Shown here: positions 9,813 to 18,650 of the stretch, in pieces
How positions within the stretch are numbered: position 1 is the first letter of the stretch
How the letters are laid out: every line of letters starts with the position of its first letter
Assembly: GCA_965227295.1 (NCBI GenBank)
Contig: OZ245742.1
Coordinates: 928,001-992,000 of the forward strand
DNA length: 64,000 bases
Reading direction: 5' to 3'
Origin: Leptonemataceae bacterium
GTDB lineage: Bacteria > Spirochaetota > Leptospiria > Leptospirales > Leptonemataceae
Notes under the pieces: model-generated
What the model was told of the DNA's origin: nothing
What the model saw: the letters and a program-made list of their open reading frames with translations, nothing else
The model's database searches: none
Program-made: the position numbers and the translations under genes

Positions 9813-11411
9813 CTGAAAGCAAAAGCGCTCCAGTTTCTTTCGCGCCCGGAAATTCGCGGGGCGATCCTCGCCTGCGCCGTTCTTTTCTGTTTCACGAGAA
9901 TCAACTATCTCATCCATCCGCTCATCTGGCCGGACGAAGCGCTCTTTTCGAATCCGGCCGCGGCACTGGTGGAGACCGGCCACTTTCGCACGAATGTCCT
10001 GCGCGGCCTGATCCCCGGCATGGACGAAGCGACGCTCTGGAACTCGCCGCTGCACATGACGCTGCTCGCCGGCGTGTACACGCTGACGGGCGAGAGCCTG
10101 ATCGCGGGGCGCAGCATGTCGCTGCTGTTTGCCTTCGGCGTCGTGTTTTTGTTCGCGAGGATCACCCGGCGATTTTTCGGAGAGGACAACGAAAGCAAGA
10201 CGAGTGGACGGCTGCTCATTCTGCTGCCGCTGCTCCTCGTCTTTGATCTCACATTCCAGCGCTCCGCGAATACGATTCGCATGGACGCCCTGGCCCTGTT
10301 GTTTTTTCTCGGGGCTTACGATTTTTTGACGCGTGAGTTTTACGCCGGCCGGCGGAGTCTGTCGCGACCGTTCCTGGCGGGGCTGTGCATGGGCCTTGCC
10401 GCGCTCACGCATCCCATCGCCATCCTGCTTCCGCCGGTGGTGATTCTCTGGCTCGGACTGCGACCGGTGGCAATCCTCACCGCCGCCCTCGGAGCGGTGG
10501 CCGGCCTGTTGCCCTGGCTGCCGTACATTCTCGCGCACCCGCAAATCTTTTGCGTTCAGTTCATGTCTCAGCTCGTGCGCAAGCAGGACATCCTCTCCGT
10601 AACCGGCGGCGATACCGGCGGCATGTTCGTGGTCTTTACGTCGCAGTACGGCGGATCGTTCTGGTGGATGTTCGGGGCCGCCATCGCCTTCGCGTTTGTC
10701 CTCGGCGCGGGATTGCTGTCACTTGTCGAGGCCGCGCGCTCCCGGGGCCTGCGCGAACTTGTGCGTTCGTCGTTTTTTCGGATTTATCTCTCGTTCGTCG
10801 TCGTCTTCGTAATGGTGCTGTTCGCGTCCGAGGCCTGGTATCCGGTCTACGTCGGTCCGTGGTTTCTGTGGACCGCCGCCGCGCTTTTTCAAAAAGGCGA
10901 GCAAGATCGAACGGCCCGCAGTCGGCGCGTGATTCTCCGCACGGCGCTGATGATCGTCGGCGGTTTCTTGATTCTCAGTTCGCTGGGATTCACCGCACGA
11001 GAACACGGCCGCGGTACGGCGCACCGTGCGGCCGACTTCACGCAGCGCCTGGCCGTTGCGGCCTCATCGTGTGAGTCGGTCTACGTACGCAGCTTTCCCG
11101 ATCCGTACTTCGCGCTGCGGCGGAGCTCTCCGCAAACCGAGGTCCTCGAGTTCGTTCCGGGCAAACTCATCTTCGATCCGGAGCGCATGCCCCTGCAATC
11201 GCTGCGGGAATGCATCGCCCTGCCGGGCGGTCAGCGCGCGTATTTGCGCCGCCGCTTTGCGGAAATCGAATGCTTTCTGCTCAATCCCGCCGACGACTGG
11301 GAGCCGATTCTGCGCGATTATTTAAGAGAAAACTCCAGCGACTTTACGGTCACGCCGATCTCCGCCGAAGCTCCCCTCGCGCCGGCGCGCTTGTTTCGGC
11401 GCATTCGCTGA
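9813..11411 (+). CDS. GT-C fold membrane glycosyltransferase (ArnT/PMT_2-like); start uncertain
   Basis: Many TM helices, IRMDAL and THP motifs. An in-frame TM helix and WPDE motif lie upstream of the first canonical start (GTG 9969), so CTG 9813 is proposed. Confidence 0.7.
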   Translation: MKAKALQFLSRPEIRGAILACAVLFCFTRINYLIHPLIWPDEALFSNPAAALVETGHFRTNVLRGLIPGMDEATLWNSPLHMTLLAGVYTLTGESLIAGRSMSLLFAFGVVFLFARITRRFFGEDNESKTSGRLLILLPLLLVFDLTFQRSANTIRMDALALLFFLGAYDFLTREFYAGRRSLSRPFLAGLCMGLAALTHPIAILLPPVVILWLGLRPVAILTAALGAVAGLLPWLPYILAHPQIFCVQFMSQLVRKQDILSVTGGDTGGMFVVFTSQYGGSFWWMFGAAIAFAFVLGAGLLSLVEAARSRGLRELVRSSFFRIYLSFVVVFVMVLFASEAWYPVYVGPWFLWTAAALFQKGEQDRTARSRRVILRTALMIVGGFLILSSLGFTAREHGRGTAHRAADFTQRLAVAASSCESVYVRSFPDPYFALRRSSPQTEVLEFVPGKLIFDPERMPLQSLRECIALPGGQRAYLRRRFAEIECFLLNPADDWEPILRDYLRENSSDFTVTPISAEAPLAPARLFRRIR

Positions 11412-11503
11412 ATTCGCCTCGATCGAACACGGTCTTTCGAAACGCACACTGCGCCGGGATTTTTTTCGGTGGTACGTCGGCCCCCGCGCCGATGATAACG
11501 TTA

Positions 11504-12205
11504 ATGGCAAGGGCATCGATCGGCTCGGTCGCGGAACGCGACGTCTACGCACTGCTGCGCGTCCTCGAACTGGACGAACTCACTTCCTCGGAAAGCCTGG
11601 AAAGCCGCTTTAAGGCCCTGATCAAACGTTATCATCCGGATCGCAACCGCGACAACAGCGCCTGGGCGAACGATAAAACCCAGGAACTGATCGAAGCCGT
11701 CCGCCTCCTCCGCGATCACATTGAACACCACGGCCCCGTACTGCGCCGGCCACAACGCCAGGCCCGCGCGACTCCGGCACCGCCGAAACCGCGGCGCGCA
11801 CCCTCGTCCTCGTTTCAAATGATCGAAGGGCGGCGCATCAACTACGCTCTGCCTATCGAATGCATCGTAAAGATCGTCGGCGTGCGGGATTCCTGCGTAC
11901 ACCGTGCGTATCCCGGACCTTACTGCGAACTGGACGGCGAACTCTATCCACTGCACAATCTTGAAGGCGAAGACCTGCGCTGGGACGAAGCGTCCTTCGT
12001 GGTGCTCATGCGTTCGCCCCTCCTGCGCGCCGGCATTGTGCTCCCGCGGGAAGCGCGTTTCGCCGGCATCGAAGTCTTTCGATTGAACGAGGCCCTCTCG
12101 CGGAATTCCGCGCATCGGACCCACGGCCTCTGGATTCGTCACGGTACGAAGTACTATCTGTGTCCGTCCGAGTTCATTCAACCGGCAGCCGCGCGTTCGG
12201 CTTGA
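11504..12205 (+). CDS. J-domain protein with a CheW-like C-terminal region
   Basis: RFKALIKRYHPDRN (HPD motif); C-terminal YALPIECIVKIV resembles the CheW N-terminal strands. Confidence 0.75.
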   Translation: MARASIGSVAERDVYALLRVLELDELTSSESLESRFKALIKRYHPDRNRDNSAWANDKTQELIEAVRLLRDHIEHHGPVLRRPQRQARATPAPPKPRRAPSSSFQMIEGRRINYALPIECIVKIVGVRDSCVHRAYPGPYCELDGELYPLHNLEGEDLRWDEASFVVLMRSPLLRAGIVLPREARFAGIEVFRLNEALSRNSAHRTHGLWIRHGTKYYLCPSEFIQPAAARSA

Positions 12206-12235
12206 AGTACCGGCCCCGTCCGCTAAAAGCAGTGC

Positions 12236-13057
12236 ATGGAACCGCATCTCGACGTTCCGCCGGTCCCCCATCCGAAACTGAGCGATCGTTACGGTCTATG
12301 CCCGGAGACCGGCGTCGTTTACTACAAACATGCGCACAACGTAAGTTACGAGGGCGACTATTTCCTCGACGAGTACAAAGCGCAGTACGGCCGCACGTAC
12401 TTCGAAGACGAGACACACCTGCGCGCGCTGAGTCGCCGGCGTCTGGAATTGCTCGCCGGCCGGACCGAGGGTTCGCTCTTCGAGCTCGGCTGCGCCGCGG
12501 GCTATTTTCTGGATGAAGCGCGCCGCGCCGGTTTCGACTCCGTGCGGGGCCTCGAAATTTCCGGATACGCCGCAAAGCATGCGCGCGAACGCCTGGGACT
12601 CGACGTGCAAACCCGGGGCTTTCTCGAAGCGGATGATGCGCCGGCCCGCTACGACGTCGTGGCCGCGTTTTATGTGATCGAACACTTCGCGGAACAACGC
12701 ACGGTATTTCAGAAAATCGCGAGGATGCTGAAACCGGGCGGACGTTTCGTCTTCGCGTTGCCGTCGGTCCACGGCCCGCTCTTCGAGTACGATCCCGCGC
12801 GCTGGGAAGACACGCATCCCGCCGATCACTTCGCGGATTACGGCCCCGGCAGTCTGCGCAAGGCCTTGAAACATTACGGTCTGCGCCTGCTCGCCGCGCG
12901 GCCGTCCTCGTATCATCCCGAAAGGGCGCGGGGCCTCAAAGGCTCACGGCTGTTTCGGCCGTTCTACAAAGCTTACGCCGACTTTGCGTGTTACGGGGAT
13001 ACATTCGAAGGCGTGGCGATAAAGGACGACTCGATCGTCCAAAAAAACGCTCGTTGA
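12236..13057 (+). CDS. Class I SAM-dependent methyltransferase
   Basis: LFELGCAAGYFL, GLEIS, VIEHF, LKPGG. Confidence 0.9.
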   Translation: MEPHLDVPPVPHPKLSDRYGLCPETGVVYYKHAHNVSYEGDYFLDEYKAQYGRTYFEDETHLRALSRRRLELLAGRTEGSLFELGCAAGYFLDEARRAGFDSVRGLEISGYAAKHARERLGLDVQTRGFLEADDAPARYDVVAAFYVIEHFAEQRTVFQKIARMLKPGGRFVFALPSVHGPLFEYDPARWEDTHPADHFADYGPGSLRKALKHYGLRLLAARPSSYHPERARGLKGSRLFRPFYKAYADFACYGDTFEGVAIKDDSIVQKNAR

Positions 13058-13073
13058 CAGAAGCGTTCCTGTC
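13054..13073 (+). promoter_or_regulatory. TTGACA -35-like hexamer overlapped by an imperfect palindrome (candidate operator)
   Basis: TTGACA at 13054-13059; GACAG-aagcgttc-CTGTC at 13056-13073, upstream of the metal-uptake operon. Confidence 0.35.
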
Positions 13074-13089
13074 TTGATTCTCGGTCATC

Positions 13090-13458
13090 GTGTTTCGTAG
13101 ATCGCACACGTTTCGGCTCGGTGCCGTTTGGGCTCTCGCCCTGTTCGCCTCCGTTTCCACGCTGGCGTTCACGCACGAGTACGTAAGCCACGGCCATCAT
13201 GCCGGGTCGTCTCACGCGCATCACGAAACAGAAGATGCCGGCGGCACAGCCCTCATGCCCGGCCGCTCCGCCGACTACGACGCACACTGCGACGTTTGCG
13301 AAGCCCTGGCCCGCACGGTTTCTTTCGCCGCCCTGGAGCGCGCACCCTTTGTAGTCCTGCGTGTCGTCGACGACGGTACGGTCGCAGCCGTCGCCATCGC
13401 CCCTTCCGTGCGCACCTCACGCACGCTCACCTGCCGCGGTCCTCCCGCTCGTTCCTGA
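13090..13458 (+). CDS. DUF2946-like leader protein (signal/TM, His-rich, CxxC, C-terminal RGPP)
   Basis: Hydrophobic N-terminus, SHGHHAGSSHAHHE, HCDVC, ends CRGPPARS. Confidence 0.75.
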   Translation: MFRRSHTFRLGAVWALALFASVSTLAFTHEYVSHGHHAGSSHAHHETEDAGGTALMPGRSADYDAHCDVCEALARTVSFAALERAPFVVLRVVDDGTVAAVAIAPSVRTSRTLTCRGPPARS

Positions 13459-13576
13459 CGGTTCGCACGAGTACCGCTCCGCCGCCGGAATCGGCCCGCC
13501 CGAGCGATGCAACGTACGTACGCGCCGTCTCCCTCAACCATTTTCCGATTTATTCATTATTTACTGAGGTACTTTT

Positions 13577-14242
13577 ATGTTCTTAACATCATCTTACAAA
13601 AAACTAGCATTCGCACTGCCCGCGCTTTTCGCGGCAATTTCCTTCACGCATTGTAGCGGCGTCCTGGGCTCCGACGACAATAGCGACGATGACGCCCTGG
13701 GCGTCGCCCTGCTCGGCGCCCTCGGTCTCAACGCCACCGCCGGCTGCTCTCTGGGCGGAACGACATTCACCGCAAGCGGTGCCGCCTGCGGTACCGGCGT
13801 CGCCACGGGCACCGGCACGCTCACCGCGGCCAGCCTGAAGTCGGATTTCGTTTCCGTGCAACTGAGCTTTCAACTGCTCGATTCGACCTCGTCGCTTTCC
13901 CTGATCGGCGGCACGAACCCGGCCGCGGGCGCCGTATCCTCCGGCAACGCTCCGGAATTTCAGATTACGCCGACCGTAGCCAAACTGCCTTCGGACTCGG
14001 CGACGGGCACCACCGGCCCCGGTGTGGCCGCGGCAACCTGGTGCATCGAACTGCATCTCGAAGAATCGCCGCCGCACATCATCGCGGACAAACAGAGCTG
14101 TTCGGTAAAAGCGACGTCTTCGGTCTCGTACGAAGATGCGAATGAATCGCCGTCGCTTCAGGGCGGTCTGTGGGGCTTCGTGCTGAACAACGCGGCGATC
14201 ACCAGTCTGACGGTGAATACGTCTGAAAACTTCAGCGACTGA
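13577..14242 (+). CDS. Putative lipoprotein
   Basis: Spirochaetal-type lipobox (SFTHC); GAGGT RBS; Gly/Thr/Ala-rich with several Cys. Confidence 0.7.
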   Translation: MFLTSSYKKLAFALPALFAAISFTHCSGVLGSDDNSDDDALGVALLGALGLNATAGCSLGGTTFTASGAACGTGVATGTGTLTAASLKSDFVSVQLSFQLLDSTSSLSLIGGTNPAAGAVSSGNAPEFQITPTVAKLPSDSATGTTGPGVAAATWCIELHLEESPPHIIADKQSCSVKATSSVSYEDANESPSLQGGLWGFVLNNAAITSLTVNTSENFSD

Positions 14243-14265
14243 AGCAAACTCGCGAGATCAACATC

Positions 14266-15528
14266 GTGAAAGCGCTGAAGTTTATCGGCGCGACGTTCGT
14301 CTTTGTGGCGGGCGTCGCGCTGTACGCACAGGAGTCGCCGGGCGATGATACCGTGGCCCAGGCGGAAACGCAGGCAATCGAGGACGCCTTCGCCGAAGAG
14401 TTTGAAGAACCGAATTCCCCGCGCGATAGAGACGAGGAACCGCAAGACGCCGGCAATTTCATGCGGGACGGTCGCGTGCTTGAGCATCGGGACGCCACGG
14501 GCAACACCTATACCCTGGATATCATGGCGGCGGTGGACATGGTGGGCGAATGGGACAACAACGAACCGAAGACGACGCTCAATGAATTCGAGGTTCGCGA
14601 AGTGGAGGTGGGGTTCATTGCCGCCGTGGATCATTTCGCCGAAGGTCACGTCATGATGGCGGCGCATCAGGAGGGCGGGGAATTTCTGTACGAGGTACAC
14701 GAAGCCTATTTTTATTTTCCGCGCTTCTTTTTGCCGAACACTTCGGCGCGCCTGGGTCAATTCTTCTTCGACGTCGGTCGATTAAATTCGATCCACCGTC
14801 ACGACTGGTCGTTTACGAACGCCCCGCTCGTCCACGAAGAACTGCTCGACGAAGAAGGCGCCGTGGATACCGGCCTGGAACTGAGTTTCCTGATGCCCTG
14901 GGAGCTTTTCTGGCAGGAACTCACCGTGGGTGTATTCAACGGCAAAGAATTCGGCCATACCCACGTGAAGGGTCCGACGAAAAACAATCCGCTCTACACC
15001 GCGCATCTCAAACAGTTCGTTCCGTTTACCGCGGAGTGGGGCTCGCAGTTCGGCTTTTCGTATTTACGCTGGCATCCCACCGAAGAACCGCACAAGGTCA
15101 CGCATCAGTACGGCGGCGACCTGTTGCTAAAGTGGGCCGGCGGGCGACGATCGTTCCAGTGGTTGTCGGAAATATGGTATCGCGAAACCCGCGAAAAAAA
15201 CGAACGCCGCTTCGATGATCCGGCCACGCCGATCGAAACGCGAGTGGGCTGGTATTCGTTCCTGGAGTTTCGCTTTCATCCGCAGTGGGGCGCCGGCTAT
15301 CGCTATGACCTGTTCACGAATCCGAACTACGTCAACGAGGACGGCGAGAAGCAAAAACGAAACGGCACCGAGGCCCACTCGATCATGGTGACGTACTATC
15401 CGTCGGAGTTTTCGTACTTTCGCGCAACGGCGGAACGCGCCACGACCCTGGAGACGGGGAAGAACAACTATCAACTGTACGTGCAGGCGGATTTCATTAT
15501 TGGAGCACACCCGGCACATGTGTACTGA
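14266..15528 (+). CDS. Metal-uptake-associated outer-membrane beta-barrel protein
   Basis: Signal peptide, REVEVGF..AVD, GRLNSIHRHDW, PSEFS.FR, C-terminal GAHPAHVY; directly precedes znuA-like gene. Confidence 0.75.
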   Translation: MKALKFIGATFVFVAGVALYAQESPGDDTVAQAETQAIEDAFAEEFEEPNSPRDRDEEPQDAGNFMRDGRVLEHRDATGNTYTLDIMAAVDMVGEWDNNEPKTTLNEFEVREVEVGFIAAVDHFAEGHVMMAAHQEGGEFLYEVHEAYFYFPRFFLPNTSARLGQFFFDVGRLNSIHRHDWSFTNAPLVHEELLDEEGAVDTGLELSFLMPWELFWQELTVGVFNGKEFGHTHVKGPTKNNPLYTAHLKQFVPFTAEWGSQFGFSYLRWHPTEEPHKVTHQYGGDLLLKWAGGRRSFQWLSEIWYRETREKNERRFDDPATPIETRVGWYSFLEFRFHPQWGAGYRYDLFTNPNYVNEDGEKQKRNGTEAHSIMVTYYPSEFSYFRATAERATTLETGKNNYQLYVQADFIIGAHPAHVY

Positions 15529-15566
15529 TCGGCGGGACACCGGAATGCAAGAATAGAGGAAGATGT

Positions 15567-16499
15567 ATGATAATTGCTAAGCGTATTCTATTGTTTGTTA
15601 GTGTGTGTGTATTGGCGATAGGCGGGCCGCTCCAGGCTCGCGATGAACCGCTGCGTGTGGTGACAACCACAACGGACCTGGCGTACATTGCACGGCAGGT
15701 CGGCGGGGACCGTGTGCAGGCGGAGGCGTTGCTTCAGGGCAGCGCCGATCCGCACTACGCCCAGGCGCGTCCCGACTACATCGTAAAGCTCAACAAGGCC
15801 GACGTCTTTGTCGAGGTCGGCCTGGAACTGGAAGTCGGCTGGGCACCGGCGGTCCAGAAGGCCGCACGCAACGCCGACATCCTTCCCGGCGGGAAGGGCT
15901 ACTGCAACGCCAGCGAGGGCGTACGCATCCTGGAGAAGCCGCAGTCCCGCGTGGACCGTAGCATGGGCGACGTGCATGCCCTCGGCAACCCGCACTACTG
16001 GACGGACCCGGTGAACGCGGCTATCATCGCGCGCAACATCCGGGATACGTTCATCCGCGTGAACCCGGCCGGCAAACGCGACTACCAGGCGAACTACGCC
16101 GCGTTTCATCAACGCCTCAAAGAACTCACCGTAGCCCAGGCGAAACTCTTCGCGCCGTATCGCGGTCTGAAGGTCGCTGTGTATCACAAAGAATTTTCGT
16201 ACCTGGCCCATCGCTTCGGTTTCGATATCGTCGCTTCCATCGAAGAGAAACCGGGCGTGCCGCCGTCCGCGGCGTATCTGCGCGAGGTAACGGACCTGCT
16301 CGAAGTCGAGGACGTGAAGATCATTCTCACCGCGCCGTTCAATGATCAAAACTACGCGCGCTCGGTGGCCGAACGGGTCGGCGGCGAAGTGATCGTCATG
16401 CCGCTCTCGGTGAATGCGGAAAGCGGCGTCGGCACCTACGAGGACAGCATCGCCACCATGCTGGCCCGCCTGCGCGCGGCGGCGGATCGATTGCAGTGA
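15567..16499 (+). CDS. znuA: Zn/Mn ABC transporter substrate-binding protein
   Basis: DPHY, GDVHALGNPHYWTDP, YHKEFSYL, EEKPGVPPS. Confidence 0.9.
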   Translation: MIIAKRILLFVSVCVLAIGGPLQARDEPLRVVTTTTDLAYIARQVGGDRVQAEALLQGSADPHYAQARPDYIVKLNKADVFVEVGLELEVGWAPAVQKAARNADILPGGKGYCNASEGVRILEKPQSRVDRSMGDVHALGNPHYWTDPVNAAIIARNIRDTFIRVNPAGKRDYQANYAAFHQRLKELTVAQAKLFAPYRGLKVAVYHKEFSYLAHRFGFDIVASIEEKPGVPPSAAYLREVTDLLEVEDVKIILTAPFNDQNYARSVAERVGGEVIVMPLSVNAESGVGTYEDSIATMLARLRAAADRLQ

Positions 16500-17164
16500 G
16501 CTCCAGTGTTCTCGAAGCACGGGACGTGAGTCTGGCTTACGGCGCAAATGTCTTGCTGGAAGGAGCGAGTTTTAACATTCGTCCGCAAGAAGTTTGCGCC
16601 GTGCGGGGACCGAACGGCAGCGGAAAGACGTCGCTTCTGAAGACGTTGATCGGCCTGCGCAACCCCAATAGCGGCCGCGTCCTGCGCGAGACAAATCTGC
16701 GCATCGGGTACGTGCCGCAGCTGCGCAGCCTGGACCCGGCGTTCCCCGTGAGCGTGCGAGCGCTCTTGAAGATGAGTTTCCCGGGCCTGCGTTACCTGAC
16801 ATCACCGGCCGCACGCAGAGAACGCGCAGTGGTCATCGAAACCATTCTGGAAGAAGTCGGAATTCCGGAGGATGTCCGGCGGCGACAAATTCGCGAGTGC
16901 TCCGGCGGAGAATTCCAGCGGGCCCTGATCGGTCGAGCCCTGGCGCTGCAACCGCAACTGCTGGTTCTCGACGAACCCACGGCCTCTCTCGACTACGAGG
17001 GCAAGGAGCAACTGCTGGCGCTGCTGCAACGAGTGCACAGGCAACGCAGTGTAACGATCTTACTGACTTCCCATGATCTGAACTTAAGCGCGGAGTTCTT
17101 CACGACGCACCTGGAAATCTTTCGCGGAGGGCTCCAGGTGGAGCGGCGGAGCGACAAAGCATGA
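16496..17164 (+). CDS. znuC: Metal ABC transporter ATPase
   Basis: Walker A GPNGSGKT, IGYVPQ, SGGEFQR, LDEPT. Confidence 0.9.
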   Translation: MSSSVLEARDVSLAYGANVLLEGASFNIRPQEVCAVRGPNGSGKTSLLKTLIGLRNPNSGRVLRETNLRIGYVPQLRSLDPAFPVSVRALLKMSFPGLRYLTSPAARRERAVVIETILEEVGIPEDVRRRQIRECSGGEFQRALIGRALALQPQLLVLDEPTASLDYEGKEQLLALLQRVHRQRSVTILLTSHDLNLSAEFFTTHLEIFRGGLQVERRSDKA

Positions 17165-18024
17165 TGGAACTGCTGACTACGATGATCGACGGCCTCGTTT
17201 TCTATCAGGCCCAGGTCTTCACCGGGACCGTGGCCGGGGCGGCCTGCGCCGTACTGGGCGTTTTCGTGTTGCTGAACCGCCAGGCGCTGTTCGCCGCCAC
17301 CATGTCCCAGGCGGCGACGTTCGCCTTCGCCGTCGTGACGGTGCTGCACGGCCTGGGAGCCCACGGTGCCGGGAACAGCCACCCGCAAGATACCTGGCAG
17401 ACGCCGCTGCTCGCCACGATCTTCATGATTCCGTTTTTTCTAATGCGCCGCCGCGGCCGCTTTCCGGACGCGGCCCTGGTCGGCGGCATCGTCCTGTACT
17501 CCGCGGCGTCACAAATCCTCACGGTTACGACCGGCCTGCATACGCACCTCCTTGCCGCGTACTTCGGAAACATCTTAACTGTCAGCGATACGGACTTAGC
17601 CTACACCCTGCCCATCGTCGCAATCTGCACGGTACTTTTCGTATTGCTGTACCGTTCGTTCGTCGCGGTGTCCTTCGACCGCGATCATGCCCGGCTGGCC
17701 GGTTTACGCGCGACGGCGATCGAAACGAGTTTCTTCGTAATCCTCTGCGTGCTGGCCACGCTCACCATTCGTCTGCTCGGCGCTTTTTTTGCACTGGCGC
17801 ACCTGGTGTTGCCGGCCCTCGCGGCCCTGGCGGTTTCCCGCAGTATCGCCACCGCGGTCCTGATCGCCTTCGTGATCTCGGTGACGACGACGGTGCTCGG
17901 CTTCGGCCTCTCGTTGTTCCCGATCTCCCTGGCGGGCGGCGCGGTCGTGAATCTGCCCACGTCGAGTGTGATCATCCTGCTGCTCTGTTTCTGCGCCGTC
18001 GTCCCGATCTTTCGCCGCGCATAG
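17161..18024 (+). CDS. znuB: Metal ABC transporter permease (ABC-3)
   Basis: CAVLGVFVLL, YFGNILTV, SFDRDHARLAG; multi-TM. Confidence 0.85.
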   Translation: MMELLTTMIDGLVFYQAQVFTGTVAGAACAVLGVFVLLNRQALFAATMSQAATFAFAVVTVLHGLGAHGAGNSHPQDTWQTPLLATIFMIPFFLMRRRGRFPDAALVGGIVLYSAASQILTVTTGLHTHLLAAYFGNILTVSDTDLAYTLPIVAICTVLFVLLYRSFVAVSFDRDHARLAGLRATAIETSFFVILCVLATLTIRLLGAFFALAHLVLPALAALAVSRSIATAVLIAFVISVTTTVLGFGLSLFPISLAGGAVVNLPTSSVIILLLCFCAVVPIFRRA

Positions 18025-18071
18025 TCGCGGAAACTCATTGCCGCAACGGACCGGCCGCGTTTACTGGAATC

Positions 18072-18644
18072 GTGAAGTCCTTTTTACAGAAGTTCGCGGT
18101 ACCGCCGCTTTTTCTCCGCCGGCTGGTTGCCAGGCTCATCGACTACGCCGTGGTCGCGGCGTCCCTCGCGGCAATCCTGCTCGGCCTGGGGCTGGCACTG
18201 CGTCTTCTTGAAGTATTGAGCGATGTGGTCGACTTCTCCGGCTATCGCAGTGTGGTCATCATGCTCGGCACGCTGGTGGCCGTGGTGATTACGGGGCTGG
18301 CCGTACCGGCCTGGTGGAATCTGCGTTGCCTGCGCGCTTCGGGCCAGAGCATCGGCAAACGTCTCGCGGGTCTGAGGATCGTCGAAACGGATCAGCCTGC
18401 CGCTCAGGCGCCGGCCTTGCGCGTGGCGATGCTGCGCATGATCGCGCCGGCGGTTCCCACGGTAGGCGGATTGTTTTTGTATCTCTTCGCCGCGGACTTC
18501 GGCGGATCGCAGTTCATGCTGAATCTCACTCTGTATCCGCTGGTGCTGCTCTACTACGCCGGGCGCTACGGTTCGGCTTTCTTCGACGCGGGCGGCCGGG
18601 CCTGGCACGATCACCTGGCCGGCACGCGCGTGGTGGAGGCGTAA
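18072..18644 (+). CDS. RDD family protein
   Basis: RRLVARLID, GQSIGKRLAGLRIV, RAWHDHLAGTRVV. Confidence 0.9.
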   Translation: MKSFLQKFAVPPLFLRRLVARLIDYAVVAASLAAILLGLGLALRLLEVLSDVVDFSGYRSVVIMLGTLVAVVITGLAVPAWWNLRCLRASGQSIGKRLAGLRIVETDQPAAQAPALRVAMLRMIAPAVPTVGGLFLYLFAADFGGSQFMLNLTLYPLVLLYYAGRYGSAFFDAGGRAWHDHLAGTRVVEA

Positions 18645-18650
18645 GTTCGT

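Noticed and set aside
11210-11503. N-terminal extension of the J-domain ORF
   Set aside because: It overlaps the glycosyltransferase 3' end and looks non-coding in composition; the J-domain begins after Met 11492/11504.
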